Source: Vitrella brassicaformis CCMP3155
Taxonomy: Eukaryota; Protista; Chromerida
NCBI GenBank assembly: GCA_001179505.1
Contig: CDMY01000201.1
Coordinates: 1-64,000, forward strand
Direction of reading: 5' to 3'
DNA: 64,000 bases
In this document: positions 1 through 11,959 of the stretch, piece by piece
How positions within the stretch are numbered: position 1 is the stretch's first letter
How the letters are laid out: every line of letters starts with the position of its first letter
Position numbers and translations under genes: made by a program
The notes under the pieces: generated by a model
Databases searched by the model: none
Seen by the model: the letters and a program-made list of their open reading frames with translations, nothing else
Told to the model about the DNA's origin: nothing

Positions 1-291
1 CCCGGATAAAGGATTAAGTCAATGCAACGTAAGGTCTGTGGATTTTGTGGAGAGTCCACGTAGGACATGTAGTATGCGTCAGTCCATCCTGTCTGACGTC
101 CTGTCCGCCATGGCCTGTCTCATGGAACGGACAAAGACTCAACAGCCGTCCTGTCTCACAGATCAGTGGACCGTCGGTCTATGAACCCTAGACCCTAAAC
201 CCTGGACCGACTTGCACTTCTGACATTCTTCTCGTGACTTTTCAGCGTTCTCTCTTCATCTGCATCGTCTTCGACACATCTTGCATCATAT

Positions 292-2618
292 ATGGTCGAC
301 AAACTGATGAGCATGTCTTTGGATTGTCTCAGAGCCCGTCCCCCACGAGCCAGATTCCCGCTTCTTGCGCTGCCGCTCGTTGCCCTTCTCGTCACCGAAG
401 CAGCTACTGAGTCGGCATCACGGTCAGGCCGCCTGGAGCCCCCCCGCCCTGCAATGCTGCACCTCCATCACAGGGGCTCGTACCTTGACGCAGAGGCCAC
501 AGAGGACGGCAGCGGTTACTCGTCCGCAGAGGTCGGGGGCCGACAACACGCCGACAGCGACCGTTCCTCTGTGGACGAGGCGATGCCTGCGCTGCTGCTC
601 GAGTCGTTTCTGCGCGACGTGCCTGACGCCGCCTACATCCATGCGACTGCAGGGAGGGGTGCGGCGGGCATGATCGCCTTGGTGACGGTGCACTGGTATG
701 ACGGGGCCGAGGCGGACGACTGGGACAGGAGCGTTGAGAACCTCATGAGCTACGCAAAGGTATGCATACCTACAGTGAGTGCATCCATCAATCAATCCAC
801 TTATTCAATTCAGGCATTGATTGCATTCGTTGTCCATCTCTGTCTGTCTGCCTGTCTGTCTGTCTGTCTGTCGTCTATCATCCCCTCCCTCCCTCTGCTG
901 CATGGCATGCAGCGTCACGGCTATACCGTGATTATCGACAGAAAGGAGCCTCAAGCGGCGGACTCCCAGGACTCTGGCGGCTGGTTCTGGTGGTCATGGA
1001 CCGCCCCCAACACCACCAGCAGCAGCAGCAGCAGCCCCCTCGCCCCGCGCAAGTCCGGTCGCGTCGGGCAGCGCAAGATGGAGCTCATGAGCTATGCCCT
1101 GCGGAAGGGGTACCACACGGCGGTGTGGAAAGACGCCGACGTGCTCTTCATGGACTGCGACCAGCCGATCGAGTCCATCCTCGCCCGCTGCCCCCACAAG
1201 AGCGGCATCTTCTTCTCGGACGTCTCCCGAACAGCCATCTGCAGCGGCACGTTCATTCTCAGGAACACGCCCTACTCGCTCAAACTGCTCAACGAGAGCC
1301 ACCAGGTGGAGCCCACGGCCCCCAAGCCGCTGCAAGGCGACCAGACCGCCATTGTGTTTGTGCTACTGGGCAAGCCTGACAAGTATCGCCACAACCTGGG
1401 CCCCTGCATCGACAGCCTGTGTGTGGGGGCGGCGTGCTTCGAGTTCTTTCCGAAGGAGACGGAAGACAACATCTGCATCTTGGAGCACAACGACTTTGGC
1501 ACCATCTCGTGTGGACAGTACACAGGTGAGTGAGGCCTTTTGTCTCCTGCGAAGACACGATGCGATGCGTGTGTGCCTGGATGCGGTGCGGTGCAGAGGG
1601 GGAGTTCGCGCTGCACTTCGCCGGGACAGGCGGCAAGAAGCACGAAGAGATCAGGGACTTCTCGGCACTCAGCACATGCGCCGAGCCATACACCCTGGGA
1701 AAGCCCCTCCACATCTACTCGGCAGCGCTCAATGCCACCATGGCCCGTGCCTTCTCACTGCAAAAACACCAAGCCAACGACACTCTGAGCACCGGGGAGC
1801 TCTTCTGCAGCAGCACCGGCGTGACACACACGAGCCGCTTCCCCTTGGGCATCCCCATCTCCCTGCTGCCCGTTGCGAGCGAGTTGGAGGCACTGAGGGC
1901 ACTGCAGAGCGAGATAGAAAGGACCGAAGCCGACAAGGACGACGTCTTCATGCTGACGGGGCCGACAGTGTGGTTCCAGAAAGACGCCGCGGACATTCTC
2001 AACACTTACCGCACCGAGTTCCCCACTCGTCCGATGGTGCTGCCGAGATGGAACGTCACGGCCAACACCCCATCGGACTGTGTCCTGGCGAGGTGGCTCT
2101 TTCCCCTTTTCGTGACGGCAAGGGAGATGGTGGTTATCTGGCTGCTCATCGCAGCTATCACCCAGCTGCAGCAAGCCGCCAAGCTGTGTGACGGCGACAG
2201 CTTCCGTCGGGCTGTCGACAGCTTGGGCGTGCGGTTCGACGATGACCAGAGGCTGTCTTGCCTCCTGCAACGGCCCACAACCCAGGTCACCGCGACTCTG
2301 AAAGACGCTAACGGATCTTCATATGAGCCGGCTGTCGTCGTGCTGGACCACAGCACTCGGTCGCTCCCCCTCCCGCACCCCCAAACAGCTGAGTGGAGCC
2401 GGGACAAGCTGACCAGGTTTCTGAATGTCCCAAGTGCCACCCCGCCCCATCCCCCCTTGCAGTGGGAGAGAGTGCGCTATGCGTCTCTATGTGACGTGGA
2501 AGGCAAGTATAAGAAAAGAAAGTGTGTGGGTGAGTTGGGCGACCATCCAGGTCCGACGAGGACCCTGCCCCCGACACCGACTCAACCGGCAACAACCACA
2601 CAGCCACCACAGAGATAG
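292..2618 (+). CDS. Type II membrane glycosyltransferase, GT34 (MNN10/GMA12-like) domain followed by a second degenerate GT-A-like domain; at least 3 exons (introns 760-912, 1526-1596)
   Basis: N-terminal hydrophobic anchor FPLLALPLVALLV; KMELMSYAL...VWKDADVLFMD (DxD), ICSGTFILRNTPYSLKLLNE, GDQTA and FALHFAG match GT34 motifs. The GT-AG introns join the frames exactly. Start codon and 3' end are uncertain. Confidence 0.75.
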
Positions 2619-2951
2619 TGAGTGAGAGGGGCGGGCGGTGACTGACAGTGGGGCTTCGGGTGGGGTGCATGTGTCTGTCTATGCGACTGTTACTGACGGT
2701 GGGTGCGTGGGTGTAGTCGAGCAGGTGTGTGCAGGGTGAGTGGGTCGGTGATGCAAGCATTCACTGACGAGCTGCATGCACGTGTGTGTGTCTGTATCCA
2801 TCCATCGGCCGACCAATAAAACGCACAAACATCATCATCCCCGATGTCACATCCATCACACGGCACTCTACCTACCTACCTACCTCCCTACCTGGGTGGC
2901 TGTCTTCCATTCACTCACTCACTCACTCACGAAATCACCGGTAAGTGCACG

Positions 2952-3884
2952 TCAACTTGTCCGCTCTACAGTGCGTTTCTGAGCACCACCACTATTCGCC
3001 ATCATCGTTCCATTCTTGACAATCCTGCCCGTGACATACGTCTCCACGCTGCCGGTTGCCGTCCGCAGCCGCAGCGACCCGTCGGCATTGAGCCCCTCCA
3101 GCACCCCCTCACGCACATCACCATCCATGTCGATAGCTATCGGCTGCCCACGGTAGGCCAGGCGGGCATTCAGCATCGGCAGGAAGGGCGCGAACCCCTC
3201 GGCCATGAGCTGCGTGATGGCCCCGCACACCCGGTGCTGCAGCTGCTGCACGATGTCCTCGGCCGTCACGGGCGGCTGGCCGCTGCTGGCGCGGTACCGG
3301 TTGACCGACGTCACACGCTGGTCCCTCACGTGTGTGGCGTAGTCGCTGTCCGCATCCCCCCTGTCGTTGACATTGATGCCGATCCCCACAAGAAGAGAAG
3401 AATAAGTCTCCCCCGCGTCTTGGATTGTCAGTCCCGGTGCGTTGCAGAGCACGCCGCAGACCTTGTGGCCGTCCAGCAGCACGTCATTGACCCACTTGAC
3501 CTGGCTGGGGATGCCGAATGTGTCCAGTGTGTGCGCCACGGCGAGAGTGGTCACCTGCGGCACGTGGAAGAGCAGATGCCGCTTCTCAGAAGGCCATGCA
3601 GCCACGAAGGTCGCGTGCACGTTGCCGCCGGGCGAGTACCACCGCCTGTTGTCCCGCAGTCGGATGTCGTATGTGCCGATGCCGTCGGTCTGGTTGGCGG
3701 CGCTCACCAGCACCCACTGCGATGGACTCAGTCCTTCTTCCAGCAGCCTGTCGAAGCGCTCCTGCGCCCACCGTTGTGTCGACGGCAGGCTTTCGAAGTG
3801 CAGCCGCTTCAGAGATGACGGCCCGCCGGACCCGGTGTGAGAGTGGCGGAGAGGGACGGTCTCGATGCACGGGAGCGACTGCAT
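2952..3884 (-). CDS. birA: Biotin--protein ligase (BirA/holocarboxylase synthetase catalytic domain), apparently intronless
   Basis: VSAANQTDGIG...RWYSPGGNVHATF, VKWVNDVLLDGHKVCGVL, LLVGIGINVN and a C-terminal GVLEGLNADGSLRL SH3-like cap. Start placed at the first ATG after low-complexity sequence. Confidence 0.92.
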   Translation of the reverse strand: MQSLPCIETVPLRHSHTGSGGPSSLKRLHFESLPSTQRWAQERFDRLLEEGLSPSQWVLVSAANQTDGIGTYDIRLRDNRRWYSPGGNVHATFVAAWPSEKRHLLFHVPQVTTLAVAHTLDTFGIPSQVKWVNDVLLDGHKVCGVLCNAPGLTIQDAGETYSSLLVGIGINVNDRGDADSDYATHVRDQRVTSVNRYRASSGQPPVTAEDIVQQLQHRVCGAITQLMAEGFAPFLPMLNARLAYRGQPIAIDMDGDVREGVLEGLNADGSLRLRTATGSVETYVTGRIVKNGTMMANSGGAQKRTVERTS

Positions 3885-4484
3885 TGCGATGGATCTTGAG
3901 TGCAGGGGGAAGGGGGGGTGATGGGATGAATCAGCGGTCGATGGGGATGCGATGATGGATGGAAGGAAGCTGATGAGGCAGCTGTAGCGGTAGGCCAACG
4001 TCACGAGGCTGGCACGATGATAGAAAGCAGCAAAATGGACAGAAGATAATATGCTCGAGGACGAGCCGAGCGTCAGCATCAGCATCAGCTTGAGATGGGG
4101 TCACACACACACGCGCAAGTTCGTGAAACCGCTGCGGGCGGAACCTTGGGTCCACAGTGAGAAGAACCTTGCTGTCCAATCAAGAAATACGTCCATCATG
4201 GAAGCACATACGCATGTCTGGGAGGAATGGTAGACAAATACCCATCGGCCCCGCCTTCCCCGTCCCCTGGCACACAGCACACAGCAGAGATGCTTCACTC
4301 GGATGATGCGAGTGGTCGTCTTCCGGGATCGGTGGTGCGGTCTAAGTGACTCTCTTTTCGACTTGATGACGAAAGAGAGCCAGTAGACCCACAACAAGGA
4401 TCCACGAAGACAGCCACTCATTGCATTGCACAGGTCATACATACGTGCTCACAGACACAGACACATTCCCCCAGCCAGCCACCC

Positions 4485-5175
4485 TCATCTCCCGAACCCC
4501 ACGGGCAGGCCCATGGCATGCATCATCTTCTCTTCTTCTGTCATCTGCGGCCCACGACGCTGCTGATTGTCGCTCTCTATCTGCGCCTTGCTCGCGCCAC
4601 TCGACTCCACCTCACACACTGCCGACACATCCACATCTCGTTTGGACTTCTTGGACTTCGGGCGACCACCCTGGTAGTCGAAAGCGTCCGGGACATTCTC
4701 GCGTCTGGCACTCTCTGCCGGCTCCGTCACGGTGTCGGCGGCGGTGGGTGCCTCGGCTTCTTGATCTGCTGCGGCAGTTGTGTCTTCGTCTGGTCGGTCG
4801 CTGTCATCTCTCGGACGTTTTCGGTCCCGCGAGGGCTCTTTGTGTTCGTCTTTGTGTTCGTCGCGCTTCTTCCACAAACCAGAAGAGTCCCTCTCCATCT
4901 TATGCGGCCTCCTGCAGCAGAAGCATCGAGCAGCACACGCTGTCAGATGGTGTCTGAGTCTGTTCTCGCGTTTGCGTTTCAGTGGTCACCTCAGCTACCT
5001 GTCTGGGATGGCATCGCCCCTTGTGTCCTTGGCCGCCCTATCAGGAAGCTCATCTTGCTCCTGCTCTGACCGTGGGACCTCTACAACCGCATGGACACCG
5101 TTCGTGAATGTCGGATGTGAGTGCACACGATGCGTCGAGCCTACCTGGATCCCTTGCTCTCTCGAACCTCGGCAT
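4485..5175 (-). CDS. Hypothetical highly charged protein ending MTEEEKMMHAMGLPVGFGR; 3 exons
   Basis: GT-AG junctions join MPRFERARDP|EVPRSEQ...AIPDR|RPHKMERD in frame. The C-terminal MMxxMGLPxxFG motif resembles segments of SNRNP27/TGS1. Confidence 0.6.
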
Positions 5176-5447
5176 TTCCCTCAGTGCTTTTCTCCTCTCT
5201 GCGTGCGAGCCTTTTCCCGATCCCTATTTGCGAGCTTCCTTGAGGTTTCTTCCAGCTCCCCGCAATTGCCCTGATGTCACTTTGAGGGCTCCAACGCCAC
5301 TGACGCAGTCGTTCCGCTGGCGAATAAGCGAAGGTCGGCATCTCCAGTACGTCTGCCTGCTCGACGCCTCCTCAAGGGCGTGGGGCGGGCTATCCACTTG
5401 CAGGGCGACAGAGGGAGGCCATACACCTCCCTCCCACCCTCCGCTCT

Positions 5448-8400
5448 ATGCTGCGTCTGTCGGCAGTGGACGAATACCCCTACCAAGTGGGCGGCCACAC
5501 GCAACTGGTTAAGCCGAGGGGCAGTGCACTCGTCTACAAGCCACTCAATGCAAACGAACACCGTTTCTACGGTACACGTGACAGCGACACGCGACACACA
5601 GGAAGGCTGACTGACCGACTGGGCGCATGTACTGTAGCTGTCTGTGTTGGGTGTGTGTGCATTGCAGAGAAGCTGCGTGCGTTGGGTGGGACTTGTGTGG
5701 TTGAGGCTCATTCGGCGCTGCAGCTGATCCGGAAGTTCACGCCGCGTTACTTCGGCAGCAAGGAGGTGGTGCTGGGGTCGGGTCACATGATGCAGGTCAT
5801 CATGCTGGAGGACTTGGTCGACGGCTTCCGCCGCCCGTGTGTGCTGGACCTCAAGATGGGCCGCCGGCAGCGGAAGCTCAACGCATCGCCCGAGAAGGAG
5901 AGGCGGCAGGAGATCAAGAGCCTCACAACCACATCACATAGCCTGGGATTCAGAATGTACATAAGAAACGATGCGGTCACACAGACACTCAGACACTTGT
6001 AGACTCTTACATGAATGAGACCATTCTGTCTGTCTGCCTGTCTGTGTGTGGGTCCCTCCCTGTGTGTTTGTCGTGCAGTTGTGGGTGTCAGTTGTACGAT
6101 CGCCAGGCTGATAGGTATCACCTGAGGTCCAAACTCTGGGGCCGAAGGCTCGACGAAGGTAGGTCAGCAGGGCAACGGCAGGCACAACACAATGAGCACA
6201 CACTGGTGGCGCGTGCAGACACTGACTGCATTTTGTGTCTTGTCTGGTCTTGTCTTGTCTTGTGTTGTGTGCAGGTATGGTTGAGAGGACGTTGGAGTTG
6301 TTTTTGTACGATGGCCATCGTGTGGAGGCCAACCTCATCCTGCCGCTGCTTGAGAAACTTCAGACCCTCGCCAAAGGTACACACCACAAGGCAGCAGCGG
6401 CCCCATCCCTCTACACACCCACGTCACTCGCGTGTCTGTCTGTGTGTGTGTGTGTGTGTATGTATGTGTGTGTGAAGGTATCGGCGAGGCGCGGCACTAT
6501 CGCTTCTGGTCCTCGTCGCTGCTCGTCGTCTACGACGGGGGGCTCCCCACGCCGCACGAGCGATGCAAGGTAGGGTAGGCATGTGATGTGCACACGCATG
6601 GAGACACACAACACACCACACCCACACACGCTGCCTCTGTGTGGGTCCCTGTGTGTGTGTCCATCCAGTCGGTGGACATTCGTCTGATAGATTTCGCCAA
6701 CACGATCTACCTGGCCGACAACCCAACGGCCGACTGCGAGTACCTCTTCGGGCTCAAGAACCTTAGCGACGTCCTGCAGCGCATCGCCACACGACACACA
6801 CCTTCAGCCCTCGCGCCACCCCCTCTCCCACGCGCACACTCGTCGCCACACCACCCTCACCCTCACCCGGCAGCCCAGCAGCAGCATAAGCTGGAAGACC
6901 TGCTGGCCGACATCGACAGCCACGTGTGTGTCGGGGAGGACACCGATGACGCTGCCGCCGGCCGGCTCGGGAGCTGCCGTCCGCAGAGGCGTGAGCCCTC
7001 AGTGGTGTGTGTGGTCAAGCGGCGAGGCAGCGACTGGACCGACCGGCGAACCATCGCACGGCCCCGCACGTCGACGGAAGAGGGCCGGGGGGAGGGTGAG
7101 GGCACGCCAGCAATCGGCACGGACGCGTCTGTGCGGGCAAGGAGGGAGAGCAAAGTGCTCGACAACATGGCTCCACCCGCACAGACGCAACCTGATACGG
7201 TCTGGCGGGGTCAGGTGTCCAGTGATGATAGCTCCAAGTCGACGTCTCTAGTGGGCGGGGAGTCGCTGTGGGTGCAGTTGGCTTCGACAGAGACCCTCCA
7301 GGCGCCGAGCGAGACGGCCGAGGGGGAGACGCCGGCGGCTGGGAGTCTGAGTAAGCATTGAGAAGAGGCAGGGATGAACAAGCAAGGTGACAAACACCGG
7401 CATCTGTCCATCCTCCGTGTGTTTGGTGTCTGTCAGTGAATCCTCGTGAGCTGGGTTGGTTCGGTAGTGGTGTCATGTCGCTGGCTCCGGCGGCCGACAC
7501 GGACATCGAGAGAGACACTGTTGGTGGTGTTGCTGAGCAGGGTGAGGAGGGGCCGAGTGGTGGTGCTGGCGTAGCGGGGGCGGTGGTGATGGGTGTGGAG
7601 GACGACCCATGCGACACGTGGGATATGCCGATGGATGCCGGCCGTGCTGGGCGGTGGGATGGCATTGGTGGCTGTGATGACGATAGAGCGTCCGAGATGG
7701 CAGATACCGACCAATACTACTGCCTCAGGCAGGCAACACACACGCACCATACCATCACAGACACAACCAACCGAGGCTCATATATCTATGTCTTTTGTGG
7801 TGGCCTGGCCTGCCTCTCGTCATGCAATCAACGCAGGCGCTGTCTCTCTGCCCCGCGCATAGGCGGCAGCAGCGCATCCCACCACCACCTCCTGGCGTTG
7901 ATCGATGACCTACCTGAGGACCAGACGACCTACGCTGTCGTCCACATGAGCGACGACAAGGAGCCCTACCTCTGGCTGCCCTTCCCATCACACCCATCCC
8001 GGCCGCCCCCCTGCTACCTCTACTCATCCTACACACAAGACCAGCAGCACCCCCACCACCATCAGCAGGCGCCATTCGGCCGCTCCCCCTGTCCGTCATT
8101 CCTCGACCCCACCCCACCCAACTCGGCCAGGAGCACACCCGCCACAGGGCCGCTTATCGATGGTGAGCAGGACGGCACGGCGGGAAATGGTGTGTTGTCA
8201 TCGCTTCTGCCGGCGCCGCTGTTTCCGCCCGATACGCCCTGGGCCCACCCGCCTAATTGCAACACCCAGGCGTCCTTCCCCGCCCCCGCCCCCAGCCCTC
8301 CCTTGCAGGAACAGTCGTCCCATGGCAGCTGTGACGTCAGCCCCAACCACAGTGCTTTTGGGAACATCGCCTCAGCGCCGCCGCTCAGCCACCTGGCAGC

Positions 8401-9229
8401 ATCACGTGCCAACACCAAGGTCACCATCCCGCCGCCGCCCGTCCCCTCTGACTCGCCCGACTCTCCCGTGCGTCTCCATTCGCGAGGGCTGCGACGATGC
8501 ACCACGTCTGAGCAGCACACAGGGGCGTGCAGCCCGATGAGACCGTTGGGACTGCTGACACCTGCGAGTCGGTCGTTTTATCGGGGCGGTGAAGGGGGCG
8601 GTGGTGCGCCGGTGTTTCTGAACCGGCTGGCCTCCTTCCCTGCGGGCGTGCGTGGTGGTGGTGGGGATAAAGAGCCGACAACGCCCATATCCTTCTCTGT
8701 CCTCAAGCGGCGCAGCAAGCCCAAGGCCTCCCGCCCGAACTCCCTGCCCCCGAGGTCACGGATGCGTCCTCGCCCCCTGCTTATCCCCTACCATCGTCAG
8801 CTCAGCGCAGCGCAGAAGAGGTCTCCCGACCAGCAGCCTGCGAGTTCGAAGGTGGTCGAGAGCGGGGCCAGTGGTGGTGGTGGGCTGCCGTCTCCCACCT
8901 CGGTGTGTGAGCGGGGGTCGTGCTCGTCCGAAGACTCCACTGCGGCCCGCACGGGCTGCATCTCAGCGTCGGCCTCGCCGCTGGCGTCACCCACTGACGC
9001 CCAGACGGAGGCCACACCCGTGCTGCAGACGGCGGACAGAGCGGGAGAGAATGCCACGCCGACGTTCCCTCTGCTGCCGACTTCCCATGAGTCGAACGCG
9101 TCGTTCCCCGGTGCGGATGGTGCCACCATCACACTGGTGCACTGCGGTGGTGGTGCTGTTTGGAGGGAGAGGGCGAGCAGCCTGGTGGGTCGGTGCATCG
9201 AGAGCATGAGGGGGGAGAGGAAGGAGTGA
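5448..9229 (+). CDS. Inositol polyphosphate kinase (IPK family, IPMK/IP6K-like) with a very long low-complexity C-terminal extension; multi-exon
   Basis: YQVGGH, MLEDLVDGFRRPCVLDLKMG (PxxxDxKxG), TTTSHSLGFR, SSLL, IRLIDFAN, YLFGLKNL. Intron 7351-7436 (GTAAGC...CAG) links ORF 6588-7361 to ORF 7436-9229 in phase 1. Confidence 0.9.
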
Positions 9230-9439
9230 GGTGGTGCACTGCAAGTGATGGATGGGCTGATATGATGGGCTGGTGATTGATTGGTGATATCGATCTATCG
9301 TTTTGTAGAAGGGAGGGAGTGAGGGTATGTATGGCGCACCCACCGCACAGAAGTGTTTTCTCTGAAAGGTGGGTGGCATCCATGGCACTTTTTCGTTGGT
9401 TGGTGGGTTGGCTTGGTCTGTGGGCACAGTGAGGCCCCC

Positions 9440-11800
9440 TCCCCTCCCGCAGCAAGCAAGAGTGATGGATGATAGGCGGGAGGGAGGGAGGGAGGGGCCT
9501 CACAATGTGCCCACACAAAGGGGAGGGAGGCAGGGAGGGAGACAAGGAAAGCTGCAGGGAGCGACAGAGAGAGAGCTGCCCGCCTGTCTGCCGTGTATGT
9601 CTGTGTCTAATTTGAGTAGTGTCGTCTATGGCTGGCTGGCAGGCAGGCAGGCAGGCTGCAGCTGATGAGAGAGCGATGATATCCTGCAATTAACAGTGGG
9701 TGCATTTGTATGTCGTGTGTGTGTGTGTGTGTGTGTATGTGGGCACCAACTGCACAGACACACGCGAGCGCAGAGCAGAGCAGGCGGCATCTGACTCACT
9801 GGGTGAGTAGGGGAGGGAGGGAGTCTGTCTGTCTGTGTGTCTGTCATCAATCTAACCATGGGTATGTTTGTACGTATGCGACAGACGGACAGGTGCAATC
9901 GCCGTCCGTCAAAAGTCTTGCTTGGCTGGCTCTGTAACCACACCACACCTACACCCCCTAGGGCGCCTTTCTGGCCTCATTTGTATGCCCACACACGTCC
10001 TGCTGCAGACTGCGGGACGGCGAACGAACGAGTGCATTGTGCATGCCTATGTGTATTCCTGCCTTCTACCGACTGACTGACAGTCAATGGCTTTTCCTGC
10101 TGTCGTGCCGTGCCGTGCTGTGTCGTGAAATGTGCTCGTGCTTACGCTTTCTCTCTCTCTTGACCACACACACACACACACACACCCTCACGCACACCAA
10201 CTCACTCACTCACCTTCTGCCCATTTGCTTGTACAGGTAAAGTAATCCGCTATCTCTCGTCCTCCCACAATTTTGACGAAAAGGCCCCCACTCAGCCGCA
10301 CGGGCTGGCTGGGGGCGTGTTTCTTCGTCACCATGCGTGTGTGTGTGCGCGTGTGTGCGTGTGTATGTGTGTGTGTGCGACTCTCATGTGTATGCCGTGC
10401 TATCGGCTCTGTCTGTATGGATGTATGGCTGTGTCGGTCGGTGTGTCGGGCATTGATGTGTGTGTATTCATTCATCAATCTGTCGCTCGCTGGCAGAGGT
10501 ACGTGTGCCTGGCTATCCCTCCCCCGTTGCTTCGCTTCACACTGGCCGGCCGGCCCTTCCATTCCTCTCTCGTCTCGCGCTCTGCACACCTGCATGGATG
10601 GATGGATCCCATGTCATGATGGATGCCATCCATCCATGTATGTGTGCTGTTCAAGTGCTCGCATCTCCCTCTCTCTCTATGTGGGTGCCTTCCTGTCTGC
10701 CCTGCCTGCAGTGGGTGAGGGAGTGGTCAGATGGATCTTCTCCTGAGTGTGATTATTGTGTCCCTCCGTGTGTGTGTGAGTGTGTGCGTGACAATTTTGA
10801 CTTGCACGCTGGATGGTTGACTGACTGGATGCCGTGTGGTGTGCGGACGGGTGGTGGAAGAGCCACCGCGCGCAGTGTACGATACAAAGATAAGCAGGCA
10901 GACAGGGAGGAGGAGGGAAGCGATGTGTATGCGATGGAGTCTGTCTGGAACGACGCTGTTTTTTTGCTTTTCTAGTCTTTGGACGGCCCGGTGACCTACG
11001 CGTGTATGTGTGTGAGCGAGCCGTGCCCTGCCCCCATTTTCCCGCCTTGACCGTCGCGAGCGGAGGGCGCATTGGGGTTTTTTGGCCAATCGATCGAGGC
11101 AGCCAGGCTAGCGATGCAGGCAGGCAGGCAGGTTATATGGACAGATATGGACGGAAACAGGAGGACCTCGTGTGAGTGGAAATGACTGGTGCATTGAGGT
11201 GCCGGAGGATGGCGGTTAGCGAGACGACCTGACACACACACGCATACGCACACCAACCACACACGCAGAGAGAGAGGGGGGGGGCCAACTTGAGGGGCAG
11301 AGAGGAGAGACACATCGGATGGAGGTCTGTCTTCTTCAGTCAGAATGTATTCTAACCGGCTGTGTGCCGCGTGCTGCTGCGGCACTGTGTGGGATGAGTG
11401 GTAGGAGGGAGTTACTTACTTGTGCGTGGGTGCGTGGGACTAACCCGCCCACTGCCCACGCCCCCGCGCACCGAGGTCATCGAGTTTTTGTTTGTGTCAC
11501 TTTTGGCGGGAGGGATCGGATCCTCTGGACGGAGTCTTTGTCAACTGGCTGGCTTGGTGGATGCATACGTGCATGCAGGGGCAGGTATACGTCATGAATG
11601 TGTGGTTTGTGTGTGTGTGTGTGTGTTTTGACCCCCAACAAACCCACCCACCCCCCCACCATGTACCAACCATGTTTTGTGAGTGGATTTGTCGCGTGTT
11701 GTGCGCTGTGCCTGCTGCGGGTGCGTGTGTGGCAGTACCTCCCTCCCTCCCCTGTCTCTGCATATCGTCATATGCTGTGTGTCTGTGTGTGTATGTGTGT
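9440..11800. repeat. Microsatellite-rich region without a supportable CDS, between convergent genes: (GT)n, (CA)n, (GGCA)n, (GGAG)n, (GGAT)n
   Basis: The ORFs here translate to VCVC/THTH repeats. The same repeat types fill most introns in the window. Confidence 0.7.
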
Positions 11801-11959
11801 GCGCCCGGCCCGTGCTGTGTCGATAGCTGGCTGACTTGCCTTGCCTTCACTCACTGGATGAACGATGCAAATGACTGCAGTAGTGACCTCATCTCACCTC
11901 ACATCACCTGTGATATACCTGACCGATCGTCATATGCTGTCGGTGTACATGTTTGTTCC

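Noticed and set aside
4485-5175. Calling this gene SNRNP27
   Set aside because: No RS repeats, and I found no STKGK or KRKYRQYMNR segment in any downstream frame.
9230-11950. Many short ORFs between the IPK gene and the UGA gene
   Set aside because: They translate microsatellites (VCVC/THTH/PACL); no consistent exon chain.
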